A DNA stretch of 64,000 nt from an uncultured Methanosarcinales archaeon (GCA_964430665.1 CAYSFC010000001.1:361-64360), one strand, 5' to 3'; positions 1 through 10,529 are shown, counted from the stretch's first letter. Translations and numbers: made by a program. Notes: generated from the letters alone by a model not told the origin.

Positions 1-113
1 TCCAACAAAATAAAGAGCAACCAATATTATTAAAATTATTATTATATGTATGTTTCCTTTTTTGTTCATAATGTCTTTTTTAGAAAGAGTTATTTAAATA
101 GTTAATGAAAAGA

Positions 114-1217
114 TTACTTTAGATGAATCTCTAAGACATCTCCGTCTTCTAAGTGATGTTTCATCATAACTTTTTGGCCACCAAATTTAGCAGAATTTCC
201 CCAAACTCTTGCGAATTTGAACTTACGGACAAAATCTTTGTGTAGTTTGTTACAGACATCCTTTATAGAACAATCTTTGAACATTATTAAAGGTACATCC
301 ATATCTGCTGGTTTAGTTGGTTCTTTTAGAAAAATATTTATTAAATCTAATTTGTGGTAGATTAATTCTTTTAATTGTTCCATACCAATTTTATTCTTCG
401 CACTTATGGCTAAATCTGCATTATATTTCTTCATTATTCTTTCTAATTCATCTGGAGAAACTAAATCCATTTTATTTACAACAGTAATTGCAGGCATGTA
501 CTTTTTATTTTTTTCAATACAATCTATGAATTGATCAACAGTAATATCGTCTCTTAAAACAACTTCTGCATTATTTATCCTAAATTCTTTTAAAATTGAT
601 GTTGCTATTTCTTCATTCATGTATGTTAAAGGAATTGTTGACCCAAATCTAATTCCATCTTTAGCGGTTTTTGTAATCTTTATATCTGGTTTTTTTTGAT
701 TTAATCTTATATGGGTGTCATAAATTTCTTTTACAATAACATCGTATTCTTTGGGTCTTGTTGCATCTAATAGTATTAAACAGAAATCTGCACTTCGCAT
801 AGAAGCCAAAACTTCTTTTCCACGACCTTTACCAGAGGCAGCTCCTTGTACTATACCTGGAACGTCTAAAATTTGAATTTTGGCGTGTTTATATTCAAGC
901 ATTCCTGGAATACATGTTAGAGTTGTAAATGCGTATGCTGCAACTTCTGATTCTTTGCCAGTCATTGAATTTAAAAGAGTAGATTTACCTGCAGAGGGAA
1001 AGCCTAAAAGGATTACAGTTCCATCTCCTGAACGTTTCACTTCCCATCCAGTTCCTACACCGCCACCTGAACCAACTCCTCTACGATCTTCTTGTTTGTT
1101 TTTTAATTGGGCAAGTTTTGCTTTATATTGGCCAATAGCGTGTTGTGTTTTTTTATTGTATTTTGTATTAGATATTTTGTCTTCTAATTCTTTTATTTGT
1201 TCTTTATAATTGACCAT
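114..1217 (-). CDS. DRG/Obg-family GTP-binding protein with C-terminal TGS domain
   Basis: G1 motif GFPSAGKST, G3 DVPG, G4 NKMD; TGS-like C-terminus; length typical of archaeal DRG. Confidence 0.8.
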   Translation of the reverse strand: MVNYKEQIKELEDKISNTKYNKKTQHAIGQYKAKLAQLKNKQEDRRGVGSGGGVGTGWEVKRSGDGTVILLGFPSAGKSTLLNSMTGKESEVAAYAFTTLTCIPGMLEYKHAKIQILDVPGIVQGAASGKGRGKEVLASMRSADFCLILLDATRPKEYDVIVKEIYDTHIRLNQKKPDIKITKTAKDGIRFGSTIPLTYMNEEIATSILKEFRINNAEVVLRDDITVDQFIDCIEKNKKYMPAITVVNKMDLVSPDELERIMKKYNADLAISAKNKIGMEQLKELIYHKLDLINIFLKEPTKPADMDVPLIMFKDCSIKDVCNKLHKDFVRKFKFARVWGNSAKFGGQKVMMKHHLEDGDVLEIHLK

Positions 1218-1259
1218 TGTAGAGAAGAATAGAGTTGATGTTTATAAATTTAAAGAATA

Positions 1260-1994
1260 TTATTTATTTTGCATAGAAACAATTTTTGTTTTTTGATAAA
1301 GTTCTTCGTAAATTTCAGGTATAAAATCAGAATTGTAACTTATATATGTTGATACATAAGGATTATGTTCTATATTCATTTCTTGAGGAGTTAAAACTGC
1401 TGAAAGTTTTTCTGTTAGTATAAGATATATTCCTTCTTTTAATTCAAACACATTGATTTTGGATATGTTTTCTGAATTTGGAACTGATCTTTTGAGATTT
1501 TCCAAAAGGTTTTTTTGTAATGTGACTAAATCCTCTAAAAAATAATTTTTTGTATTTGAAAGACCTTTTCCAAAAGTATTTCTATAATTATATTCTAAAC
1601 TATCTGCTTCTAAAACTGAATTTTGTTCAGAATAAACATCAATTATTCCATCATTTTTACCTTTACCAAACCCATCTATAAAAATCCTTGTTTTATTTGC
1701 TATTTTAGTTATTATGGCAGTTCCAGGTTCATTCATATTTAATGAAGAAATTGCGTCTTCCTCACTCCAATGTATTTTCGTTACATATTTTTCTACATAT
1801 TTTTGATAATTTTGCTTGAATTCAGGATCGGGTTGGATTGTGAATTTGTGTTTAGTTATTTTGGATTCCAAAAAATTTTCTAAATTGTGTTTTTCTTTGT
1901 TTTTATGAATTTCTTGAGGTTTATTTAAATCTATAAATGAAGATTGTGTTAAAGACATGTATGTTAATAAAGCAATTGTTAAAAATTTTTTCAT
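1260..1994 (-). CDS. hypothetical secreted protein (N-terminal signal peptide)
   Basis: hydrophobic N-terminus MKKFLTIALLTYMSL; no recognisable domain. Confidence 0.4.
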   Translation of the reverse strand: MKKFLTIALLTYMSLTQSSFIDLNKPQEIHKNKEKHNLENFLESKITKHKFTIQPDPEFKQNYQKYVEKYVTKIHWSEEDAISSLNMNEPGTAIITKIANKTRIFIDGFGKGKNDGIIDVYSEQNSVLEADSLEYNYRNTFGKGLSNTKNYFLEDLVTLQKNLLENLKRSVPNSENISKINVFELKEGIYLILTEKLSAVLTPQEMNIEHNPYVSTYISYNSDFIPEIYEELYQKTKIVSMQNK

Positions 1995-2066
1995 AATTTA
2001 TCTAAAAAAGAAGAATGATTTTTAGTTTATAAAGCTAATTTAAATAAAAAAAATAAAAATGACGTT

Positions 2067-2528
2067 TTACTCTATTTTTAGTTGGGTTGATTTTGGTTCT
2101 AATTGCTTCGCTTTAGGAATTTCTATTTTTAAAACACCATTTTCATACTTTGCTTTTGCTTTTGAAACATTTGTATTTTTTGGTAAAGACATTTTTCTAT
2201 AAAAGCAAGATTGTTGATAGGATTTTGAGTTTTTTGTTTTTGTTTCTAATTTATTTTCTGCTTTTATTTCTATTGCATCATCCATTAAATTTAATTTTAT
2301 GTCTTTTTTATTTATTCCTGGAAGTTCTATGTTTAATTTATATTGATTTTTGTCTTCTTTGAAATCCACATGGGGTGTTCTTGAGTTAATTGTTTTTGGT
2401 TGTTCATTTTTGTTTTTTGTTTCTAATAGTGGTTGGCTGAATAATCTGTCTTCAAAAAATGTGTCAAACATTTTGTCAAACTTTCTTTGCATTTCTTTAA
2501 ATTCTTCGAAAAAATCAAATTCGTTCAT
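2067..2528 (-). CDS. Hsp20/alpha-crystallin small heat-shock protein
   Basis: alpha-crystallin domain signature (YKLNIELPG...KAKYENGVLKIEIPK). Confidence 0.8.
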   Translation of the reverse strand: MNEFDFFEEFKEMQRKFDKMFDTFFEDRLFSQPLLETKNKNEQPKTINSRTPHVDFKEDKNQYKLNIELPGINKKDIKLNLMDDAIEIKAENKLETKTKNSKSYQQSCFYRKMSLPKNTNVSKAKAKYENGVLKIEIPKAKQLEPKSTQLKIE

Positions 2529-2642
2529 TTTATCACCTCAAATTTATTTTCAGCGAACTGCTTATTGGAAGCAAATTGAGATTTAGTTTTCGCCGATATT
2601 TTGAACATAATTTATGTAGAAAAAATATTTAAATTTTTCGAA

Positions 2643-3545
2643 TTAATCATCATCTATTTTGGTTGTTATGATTGGACCTTTATCTCCCACAATCATAGAA
2701 TGTTCGTGTTGAGAAACGATTCCTTTTTGAATTTCTGTTAATGGAGCATGACCAATAATACATCTTGTTTTTTGCAATTCATTTAATGCAAATCTCGTCT
2801 TGCCGAGACCAAATTCTTTAGACAACCACCTAAATGCGAAAGGTAGACCATTATAAGATTTAATTCTTTCAAGAACTTCTCTAGTTATGTGGCTTCTTAC
2901 TGGTTTTTCATCAACTTGAGAAAAAACTGTGGGAAGTCCTCCTTCTTGAATTTTTCCTGCTCCGTTTGTAGCGAAAGGTTCAATTGCAATAGTCATTCCT
3001 TCTTTTAATTGAAATGATTCTTCTTGATAAACATTAGGCATTCTAGGTTCTGTATGAATTTGATATTTTCCTAGACCATGACCTGCTAAATTGCTTATGG
3101 GCTTGAAACCAAAAGAAGTTATTGTTTCTTGAATTGTTTTTCCAATTTCACCCACATGAACTCCGCTCTTTACTTCTTTTAAAGCATTGTTTAAAGCAGT
3201 TTTTCCCGCATTCATAAGTTCTTTATATGAGTTATCTAAATTTACTGTTGTTGCAGTGTCTCCTATAAATCCATTTACATGAGCACCGACATCTAATTTA
3301 ATTACATCTGATTCTTTGATAAAATTTTCATCTTCGTAAGTTTCGCATGAGTGTGCTGCAACTTGATTTATTGAAATTTGGGCAGGAAAGGCAATTCCTC
3401 CTCCTAAAGAAAAAATTTTGTTTTCTATTTGATCTAAAACATCTACTGCTTTAACTCCTTTTTTTATTAAAGAAGCACCAAAATCTCTGGCTTTACTTGC
3501 AATTTTTCCTGCTTTTTTAAAATCTTTAATCTCTTCTTCATCCAT
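2643..3545 (-). CDS. map: methionine aminopeptidase, type 2 (archaeal)
   Basis: pita-bread fold metal ligands, ~300 aa archaeal MAP2 architecture. Confidence 0.85.
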   Translation of the reverse strand: MDEEEIKDFKKAGKIASKARDFGASLIKKGVKAVDVLDQIENKIFSLGGGIAFPAQISINQVAAHSCETYEDENFIKESDVIKLDVGAHVNGFIGDTATTVNLDNSYKELMNAGKTALNNALKEVKSGVHVGEIGKTIQETITSFGFKPISNLAGHGLGKYQIHTEPRMPNVYQEESFQLKEGMTIAIEPFATNGAGKIQEGGLPTVFSQVDEKPVRSHITREVLERIKSYNGLPFAFRWLSKEFGLGKTRFALNELQKTRCIIGHAPLTEIQKGIVSQHEHSMIVGDKGPIITTKIDDD

Positions 3546-3575
3546 ACTAGAAGTAACTTATGGAAGTATTTAAAA

Positions 3576-4190
3576 TTAGTCTTTTAAACCATTAATTTTA
3601 GGAAATCGCATATGATAATCATAGTGTATTTTGATGTATGCGTCTGAACCTTTGAAAACTTTTCGTATGAGATCAGATACATCTTCTGAATGTAAATCGT
3701 TGTAGAATTTTTGAATTTTTGAATATTGGGAAGGTTTGGAATCTAATAAACTGAAGGATATTGATTTTATTTGAATTCTTTCTAAGTTTTCTCTGAGATG
3801 TGTTAAATTTGTTTCCAGTAAACTCAAATCAGTTTCATAGTGGTGTTTTGGTATAATTGGTAATTTATATTTAGGATTGTTGATTTCTAATCCTTCATTG
3901 TTTTTTTCAATTTCGTTTTTTTCTTCAATTTCTTTGTCGGAAAGATCTTCAAAAATTTGTCTATAAGGATTAACTAAACATAATTTCTTTGCATTATGGG
4001 AGTGAACAAAAATAGATTCTTCTGAAAAATTTTTTTGAACTTTCACATAATTTTCAAATAAATTTGGAAAAAATATATGTGCGTAAAAAGAGTCTCCAGA
4101 ACATAGTGTTTGAAATGGATTGTATGCAATAACTATTGCTTCGGAATTAGATTTAAATACTAATTCATCGTGGTTTAGTTCTAGTGGCAT
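3576..4190 (-). CDS. hypothetical protein
   Basis: long ORF, no recognisable motif. Confidence 0.35.
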   Translation of the reverse strand: MPLELNHDELVFKSNSEAIVIAYNPFQTLCSGDSFYAHIFFPNLFENYVKVQKNFSEESIFVHSHNAKKLCLVNPYRQIFEDLSDKEIEEKNEIEKNNEGLEINNPKYKLPIIPKHHYETDLSLLETNLTHLRENLERIQIKSISFSLLDSKPSQYSKIQKFYNDLHSEDVSDLIRKVFKGSDAYIKIHYDYHMRFPKINGLKD

Positions 4191-4342
4191 GAGAAAAGAG
4201 CAAAATACACTTTCATTTAAAAAGATTACCTTAAAAACATTTATAAATGAAAGATTTATTCTAAATAATACATTTACCTGATGGAGAAATCCAGAAGACG
4301 GTCCTTGTAGAATTAAACTTATTCTTAGAGGACTATATATAG

Positions 4343-4537
4343 GTGATTAATATGAAAAAAAAAGTATGTAGAACATGTCGATGTTTTGTTGAGGGAGATT
4401 TATGCCCTATTTGTAAAAAGGCTTCATTTTCAACAACTTTTCAAGGACATACTATAATTTTAGATGCAAATAAATCTGAAATTGCAAAGAGAATGGGAAT
4501 TGAAATTAAAGGAGATTATGCAATAAAAGTTAGGTGA
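4343..4537 (+). CDS. spt4: transcription elongation factor Spt4 / RNA polymerase subunit E''
   Basis: N-terminal CxxC...CxxC zinc ribbon followed by the conserved SEIAKRMGI...GDYAIKV tail; sits upstream of S24e-S27ae as in many archaea. Confidence 0.75.
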   Translation: MINMKKKVCRTCRCFVEGDLCPICKKASFSTTFQGHTIILDANKSEIAKRMGIEIKGDYAIKVR

Positions 4538-4896
4538 ATATAATGAATATAACGTTAAAACAAAATAATGAAAATAAAGCATTATCTAGAAAGGAAGTGG
4601 TTGCAGAAGTGGTTTTTGAAAAAGCAACACCTAATAGAAAATTAATACAAAAAGAAATTGCTAAGCTTGTGAAGGCAGATGAGAAACTTACAATAATTAA
4701 ACAAATTAAAACTTACTTTGGAAGTTCTAAAGCTTTGATTACAGCAAACATATACAATGATGAAAATGTTATGAATAAATTAGAAAGAAAAAATCTAATT
4801 GAAAAACACATATCAAAGGAAGAACCTAAAGCAGAAGAACCTGCTGAAAGTCCGAGCCCTGAACCACAGGAAGAAGTGAAACCGGAGGCGGAATAA
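4534..4896 (+). CDS. rps24e: ribosomal protein S24e with acidic C-terminal tail
   Basis: [29 protein letters not shown] matches eS24 core; translationally coupled to spt4 and S27ae. Confidence 0.7.
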   Translation: MNIMNITLKQNNENKALSRKEVVAEVVFEKATPNRKLIQKEIAKLVKADEKLTIIKQIKTYFGSSKALITANIYNDENVMNKLERKNLIEKHISKEEPKAEEPAESPSPEPQEEVKPEAE

Positions 4897-4897
4897 A

Positions 4898-5098
4898 ATG
4901 GCAGAATCAAAAAAGAAAAAATCTTTCAACATTCACACTCTTTACGAAATTAAAGGAGACACTCTGCAAAGAAAAACTAGATTCTGTCCTAAATGTGGTC
5001 CTGGAGTCTTTTTAGCAACACACAAAGATCGTAAAACTTGTGGAAAATGTGGTTATTCTGAAAGAATTTCTAAAGAAGCACCTAAAAAAGAAGAGTAA
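4898..5098 (+). CDS. rps27ae: ribosomal protein S27ae (eS31), zinc ribbon
   Basis: [25 protein letters not shown] zinc-ribbon signature. Confidence 0.8.
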   Translation: MAESKKKKSFNIHTLYEIKGDTLQRKTRFCPKCGPGVFLATHKDRKTCGKCGYSERISKEAPKKEE

Positions 5099-5108
5099 TT
5101 TTTCGGAA

Positions 5109-5135
5109 GAGGAGATTTCTCCTTTTGTTTTTATT
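5109..5135 (+). terminator. hairpin GGAGA-TTT-TCTCC followed by T-tract, downstream of S27ae
   Basis: seen directly in sequence; archaeal terminators are oligo-T. Confidence 0.3.
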
Positions 5136-5164
5136 TATTATTAGTAAAATTTTTAAGGAAATGA

Positions 5165-5797
5165 GTGATTCTTAGTGAAATGGCAAGTAAATTCAAAAGA
5201 AAACACAAATTTATTTCTAAAGAAGCTAAACGAGAAATACGTATGAAAAGAACTATGAGTATAGTTTTAGCAGGATTAATGCTTTTTTCGGTTTTTGCAA
5301 TCGGACTTTCATATATAAATACAGAAAAAATAGAATATAATGGTTTTGAATTCAAAGAAAATTCTGTGAATGGAAATGCAGTTTTGGAAACTAAAGTTGA
5401 TGGTAAAAAAGTTTTCATATACACTTATCCTAATTCAAGTATGATGATTCCTTCTGAAGGAGATTTAAGTATAATTCAAAATAAAGATCTTATTTTTATA
5501 GTTAATCCAAATAGTGATCTGGTTGCTTTAATAGATTTAATGAGATATGAATATTCTCAATTTTCAGACAATAATTTTATTCCTGCAGCAGATGGAGTTT
5601 ATAATAATAGTCCTTATATACATCATTTTAGTTGTGAAAATGCTACTAAAGAAATTCCTATAATTCACTTTATAGAAAGTAATGAAAGCACAAATATTAA
5701 AGAAGAAAATAATTGCATAACAATTAATATGTACAATGAAGATGCAATTTATATTAGAGATAGACTTGCTATGACAATAACAGGTATTGCAAATTAG
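5165..5797 (+). CDS. hypothetical membrane-anchored protein (single N-terminal TM)
   Basis: TM segment MSIVLAGLMLFSVFAIGL; no domain recognised. Confidence 0.35.
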   Translation: MILSEMASKFKRKHKFISKEAKREIRMKRTMSIVLAGLMLFSVFAIGLSYINTEKIEYNGFEFKENSVNGNAVLETKVDGKKVFIYTYPNSSMMIPSEGDLSIIQNKDLIFIVNPNSDLVALIDLMRYEYSQFSDNNFIPAADGVYNNSPYIHHFSCENATKEIPIIHFIESNESTNIKEENNCITINMYNEDAIYIRDRLAMTITGIAN

Positions 5798-6466
5798 GTG
5801 TATAAAATGGTTAAAACACACAATGAAAAAAACAATTCAAAAAAAATAGAATCAAATAAAACACCCTTATTCACTATGATAATAATATTTGTAGCAATTG
5901 TAATTATAAGTAGTTCAATAATGTTATTTAGTGATGATGAAGACATTTCTTATGAAAAATATAATAATTTTAGATTTGACAGATATGGAAAATATTGGAT
6001 AACATCTATTGCAAGAAATGGTGAAGCATATGATGCAATATTCTATAATCATCCTTTAGATGTAGAACATTATCCGTATGATAATAATGTTACAAAACTA
6101 ACATTGGACAAACCACATACAGATTTGGTTATTTCTTTGACTGCAGAAACTAATGCGAGCGCAGTTACTTCTGCAGCAAACATAGCAAGAATTACAGGTA
6201 AGTTTTTTAAGTTGCCAACAAGTAGTGCTTTATATGTTCCAAAAGAATTAAGATCTAATTATAGTGATTACAATTACACCATGATAGATTGTTCTGAGGC
6301 AACTGAATTAAGACCTGTTATATGGATTAGAGTTGGGGAGAACGAAACTAAAGTTCATTTACATCCAGAATATCCTAATTGCATATTGATAGATTCAAAA
6401 TGGTTAAATGAAAGTGACAAAATAGGAGATTTATATTCTTACAAAATTTTGGAAATTATAAGATGA
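5798..6466 (+). CDS. hypothetical membrane-anchored protein (single N-terminal TM)
   Basis: TM segment LFTMIIIFVAIVIISSSIMLF; start abuts previous stop. Confidence 0.35.
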   Translation: MYKMVKTHNEKNNSKKIESNKTPLFTMIIIFVAIVIISSSIMLFSDDEDISYEKYNNFRFDRYGKYWITSIARNGEAYDAIFYNHPLDVEHYPYDNNVTKLTLDKPHTDLVISLTAETNASAVTSAANIARITGKFFKLPTSSALYVPKELRSNYSDYNYTMIDCSEATELRPVIWIRVGENETKVHLHPEYPNCILIDSKWLNESDKIGDLYSYKILEIIR

Positions 6467-7053
6467 GTCATTATTTTGAAAAAAAACAAAATAGTCTTTT
6501 GAAGGAAGAAGAAATTAAAATTAAAATCAACAATAAAGAATTCACTTTATTTTCAGCTTCAGGAATTTTTTCTAAAAAGAAATTAGATAATGGAACTAAA
6601 TGTTTATTGGAACATTATTCTATTGGAAAAGCAAAAAAGGTTTTAGATTTGGGTTGTGGATATGGTGTTGTTTCGGTTGTTGTAGGTACTGAGAATCCTT
6701 ATTTAGAAATAGTTTCTAGTGATTCTAATTTAAGGGCTATAGATTATACAAAAAAAAATTGTAAAAAATATAAAATAAATTCAAAAGTGATTTTATCAAA
6801 CTTATTTGAAAATATAAATGAAAAGTTTGATGTTATTTTAACAAACCCTCCGTATGTTGCGGGAAGAGAAATTTGTTTTAAGTTTATTACTGAAAGTTTT
6901 GATAATTTAAATATTGATGGTGAATTACAGTTGGTTGCTAGACATCAAAAAGGAGGAAAAGTTTTACAGGAAAAAATGGAAGAAGTTTTCGGTAATGTAG
7001 ATGTTCTTGGTAAAGGTTCTGGTTTTAGAGTTTATAGAAGTATAAAAAATTAA
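6463..7053 (+). CDS. class I SAM-dependent methyltransferase, RsmC/RlmG-like small-domain N-methyltransferase
   Basis: motif I VLDLGCGYGVV and NPPY motif (LTNPPYVAG). Confidence 0.7.
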   Translation: MSHYFEKKQNSLLKEEEIKIKINNKEFTLFSASGIFSKKKLDNGTKCLLEHYSIGKAKKVLDLGCGYGVVSVVVGTENPYLEIVSSDSNLRAIDYTKKNCKKYKINSKVILSNLFENINEKFDVILTNPPYVAGREICFKFITESFDNLNIDGELQLVARHQKGGKVLQEKMEEVFGNVDVLGKGSGFRVYRSIKN

Positions 7054-7065
7054 AAAAATAAAAAA

Positions 7066-7608
7066 TTAATTTTCAGGCTTAACTTCAGTTTCTACAGATT
7101 TCTGAGCTTCAACTTTTTGCTTTTCAAGCTTTGGTTTTGTTTCAGTTTTCTGTTCTTCATCTATTTCTTCCTGTTTTACATCTCCTTCAGGAGTTCTAGC
7201 TACACCTTTTTTAATTTCGTGTGCAACAGGTTTCTCTTCTGATTTCTCTTCACTTTCTGCAGATTTGCTGTTAGAAACTTTTGATTGAAGTTTTTCCTTT
7301 AAGTTTTGAGGTTCTGCTGATTCTTCAATTTGTTTGAAATCAACATATTTGTGACCTGCAAGTTCTACTCTTACAATACCTTCTTTATCTTTTGTTGCAA
7401 TAACTTTAACTTTTGCAGGAGGATTTTGTATTCCATGTCTCCACAAGAAATCATTTAATTTACTTCCTATTTTCACATTATCTGATTTCATGTTTTTAAC
7501 TAAAAATTCTCTTAAAACTCTAATAGCTTTATGAGTTCTTTTATAACGTGGAGTATTTTGGAAACCTCTTCTAAGCGGAATTATATATTCTCTTTCTATG
7601 TCTGTCAT
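7066..7608 (-). CDS. rpl31e: ribosomal protein L31e with K/E-rich C-terminal extension
   Basis: REYIIPLRRGF...KRTHKAIRVLREF matches eL31 N-terminus. Confidence 0.8.
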   Translation of the reverse strand: MTDIEREYIIPLRRGFQNTPRYKRTHKAIRVLREFLVKNMKSDNVKIGSKLNDFLWRHGIQNPPAKVKVIATKDKEGIVRVELAGHKYVDFKQIEESAEPQNLKEKLQSKVSNSKSAESEEKSEEKPVAHEIKKGVARTPEGDVKQEEIDEEQKTETKPKLEKQKVEAQKSVETEVKPEN

Positions 7609-7620
7609 TTAAATCACCAT

Positions 7621-7794
7621 TTAAGCTTTGGTCTTTGTTCTTTTCCAAGATCTCTTTACTTCTGTGTGTTGAGATGGATGAACTTTTTTACCTGCACCAT
7701 GAATTCTAGGAATTATCCAAAATGGAGCCCACTTTGTTTGTTTTCCAAGTTTAGCTAATCTTCCTTTTCTACTAGGATGTTTATTTGTAGCCAT
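7621..7794 (-). CDS. rpl39e: ribosomal protein L39e (57 aa; absent from ORF track)
   Basis: manual translation MATNKHPSRKGRLAKLGKQTKWAPFWIIPRIHGAGKKVHPSQHTEVKRSWKRTKTKA; lies between S19e and L31e as in the conserved archaeal order. Confidence 0.75.
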   Translation of the reverse strand: MATNKHPSRKGRLAKLGKQTKWAPFWIIPRIHGAGKKVHPSQHTEVKRSWKRTKTKA

Positions 7795-7795
7795 C

Positions 7796-8392
7796 TTAAT
7801 CAGCCTCTGGTTTATCAGTTTTCTGGCTTTCAGCTTTTACTTTCGGCTCAGTGTTTACAGTTTCCTGTTTCTTAGCAGGTGTTTCCGCTTTGTCAGTTTT
7901 ACTTTCAACAACTTTCTTTTCTTCCTTAGAAACCTCTTTTTTTACAGGTTTTTTTTCTGCTTTTTTCTCCACAGATTTTGTTGATAAAATTTGCTTAGCA
8001 ACATTCATCATTAAAGAAACTCCTTTAGGAGTTGCAATTCTTCCTTTTCGGTTAGCAAAAGTGTGTTGTTTTATTAATTCTGCTTTCTCCAATTGTTGTA
8101 ATATTGTTCGAATGATTTTTCCGGAAGCTTCTCGGAATGCATCTGGTCTCATTCCTCTATTTTTTCTTCCACCATATCGAGTTCTTAATTTACTTACTCC
8201 AACTGGACCTAATTTGTGTGTTACTCTTAGTATTGAAGCTGCCCTTATATACCACCAATCTGGATTTTTAGGCATTGTTTCTCTATGAACACCAGTTTTG
8301 ACAAATTTTGCCCATTCTGGCATTTCAATTTGATTCTTCAATTCTTGAGCAACTTTTAGCACAAGCTCTTGTTGAGATACATCATATATCAA
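7796..8392 (-). CDS. rps19e: ribosomal protein S19e with K/E-rich C-terminal tail
   Basis: PEWAKFVKTG...DWWYIRAASILR...GGRKNRG matches eS19. Confidence 0.8.
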   Translation of the reverse strand: MIYDVSQQELVLKVAQELKNQIEMPEWAKFVKTGVHRETMPKNPDWWYIRAASILRVTHKLGPVGVSKLRTRYGGRKNRGMRPDAFREASGKIIRTILQQLEKAELIKQHTFANRKGRIATPKGVSLMMNVAKQILSTKSVEKKAEKKPVKKEVSKEEKKVVESKTDKAETPAKKQETVNTEPKVKAESQKTDKPEAD

Positions 8393-8597
8393 GTTTTCAC
8401 CTTTTTACTGCTGTATTAAGTTTCCTTTTATCAGCACATATTTTTGTTCTTTCGAACTACAATGAGTGTTTTTAATCACTCAGATCTTCGATGATTTTCA
8501 TCGACATGTCAAACATTTAATTTAACATATGAGCTAGAAGTCGTAATTCATTTATAAATCTAATTATTTTATAAATGAAGGTACATTCCTTCTAAAT

Positions 8598-9443
8598 ATG
8601 CATATAAAAAGAGTGGCAATAAACGAGAGTAAAAGAAAATATTACATAAAAGATAATAATATTTCATTTAATATCAGCGAGGGTGAAATTCCTAGAGATA
8701 AGATTAAGAACGATTTAGTTCAAACATCATCTGGAGAAAACATTCATTTATATGATGCAACTTTTAAAGATAATTTTCAGAATATTAAAAAACCTGCCGC
8801 AATAATTAATCCAAAAGATGTTGGTATGATTATTTCTTACACTTCTATGACTAAAGATTTTGTTGTAATTGATGCGGGTGCTGGTTCTGGAGCATTAAGT
8901 TGTTCAATGGCGGCTTTGTGTAAGAAAGTTTATTCATACGATAATGTTGAAGAACATGTTAAAGCAGTAAATAAAAATATTGAAGATTTAGAATTAAAAA
9001 ATATAACTTGTGAATTACAAGACATTTATACTTTGAATCCTGTTGAAAAGGTTGATCTTATGACTATAGATGTACCAGAACCTTGGAGAGTTTTAGAAAC
9101 TGCAAAAAAAGCTCTTAAAAATGGAGGATATCTTGTTTTATATACGCCTCAAATAAATCAAGCACAAGAAGTTGTTGCAAAACTAGATGATGATTTTCAT
9201 CACGAAATTACTTGTGAAATAATAAAAAGAAATTGGGAAGTTAAAGACTCTAAATTAAGACCTTCTCATAAAATGTTAGGACATACTGCGTTTTTAACAT
9301 TTGTTAGATATTATCCAAAACAAATTAAATTAAATCCTAAGGGTTTTAATTCTAGAAAAGAAGCTCGAATGGAAAGAGCTAGAAAACACGTTAATGCTTC
9401 TGAAGAAGAAAAAGAAAATTTAGTTAGAAAATTTATGAACTAA
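8598..9443 (+). CDS. trmI: tRNA (adenine-N1)-methyltransferase TrmI (Gcd14 family)
   Basis: SAM motif VIDAGAGSGALS; overall TrmI/Gcd14 layout. Confidence 0.7.
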   Translation: MHIKRVAINESKRKYYIKDNNISFNISEGEIPRDKIKNDLVQTSSGENIHLYDATFKDNFQNIKKPAAIINPKDVGMIISYTSMTKDFVVIDAGAGSGALSCSMAALCKKVYSYDNVEEHVKAVNKNIEDLELKNITCELQDIYTLNPVEKVDLMTIDVPEPWRVLETAKKALKNGGYLVLYTPQINQAQEVVAKLDDDFHHEITCEIIKRNWEVKDSKLRPSHKMLGHTAFLTFVRYYPKQIKLNPKGFNSRKEARMERARKHVNASEEEKENLVRKFMN

Positions 9444-9677
9444 AATTTATTTTTCTAAATCTAATTATTTGTCGGGCAAAATAAATCCTAATACTAGTAT
9501 AAATATGCTAACAATAATTAAAGGTAAACCTATTAAAGCTCCAATAATTGTGCTTGTTAACAGAAATCCTATTACAAAAGATATTCCTGCACCAATAAGC
9601 CAACTTATTCTCATAATATAACAAATGTAATCAATTACTATATAAACTTAATTAAAAACTTTTTTAAATATAAATAA

Positions 9678-10529
9678 TTGAAAAAGAACATGAATAAAAA
9701 AAATTGGATTATAGTTCTTGTTGTCGTACTAGTCATTGCTACAAGTTTATTCTTGTACTTAAGACCTACAAAAGCTAAAGATTTTATACTTGATAAAGAA
9801 GGTAATGTTGAAGTTTTAATAAAAGATGAATGGGTTGAAGCTACAGAAACAGAATATAAAAAATTATTAGGCGTCAAAACAAATACTGGAATTGCTACTT
9901 TGAGAAGTTTTAAGTCTTCGATAATTAATATGGAAGATAATTCAGAAATAAAATTAAATAGAGATGATAATTATTTGATAATTAATGTGACTGGAAAAAC
10001 AAAACACAAATTTTTATCTTTAAACGGAGTTAGTAAATATAAATTAGTGACTAGTGCTGTGGATTTTGAGGCAGAAAAGAGTAGCTTTGTTTTGAACTCA
10101 TATCGGGACAGGACAGAATTTATTTTGATAGAAGGATTAACTTCTTTTGAAGAAATATCTCCTGAACCTTTAGAAAAAATAATTTTCTACACTAATGGAA
10201 GTTTTGAATATGGAAATTTATCTGTTGAAGAAAATAAAGAAATACTAAACTATACTAAAGAGACGCTAAATAATATGAAATATTTACGAAATGATTTAAT
10301 TTCAGAATATAATAATGTTGTAAACACAATTCAAACTATGACTGGAACAACTGATGAAGATTTAGAACAAACTCTTATTGATGTTGATGCAGGAGTTGTA
10401 GATCAACAAGATTTAATTGATAAATCTCCTATATCTTTGCCAGACGCAATTACAGATTTAACTACTTTAAATAACCAAATTAAAGAACAACAGAATCTTG
10501 TAAATGAGTTAGAAAACATGACTGTTTAA
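9678..10529 (+). CDS. hypothetical membrane-anchored extracytoplasmic protein
   Basis: N-terminal TM WIIVLVVVLVIATSLFLYL; coiled-coil C-terminus. Confidence 0.35.
   Translation: MKKNMNKKNWIIVLVVVLVIATSLFLYLRPTKAKDFILDKEGNVEVLIKDEWVEATETEYKKLLGVKTNTGIATLRSFKSSIINMEDNSEIKLNRDDNYLIINVTGKTKHKFLSLNGVSKYKLVTSAVDFEAEKSSFVLNSYRDRTEFILIEGLTSFEEISPEPLEKIIFYTNGSFEYGNLSVEENKEILNYTKETLNNMKYLRNDLISEYNNVVNTIQTMTGTTDEDLEQTLIDVDAGVVDQQDLIDKSPISLPDAITDLTTLNNQIKEQQNLVNELENMTV

Noticed and set aside
880-1209. Antisense ORFs inside confidently assigned genes (e.g. 880-1209, 2150-2362, 2350-2586, 4713-4910, 5564-5821, 7851-8288, 13203-13556, 26747-27045, 27168-27488, 34413-35132, 61292-61759 and similar)
   Set aside because: They lie entirely within, and opposite to, genes with strong family signatures. 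Their compositions are low-complexity, as expected from AT-rich antisense frames.
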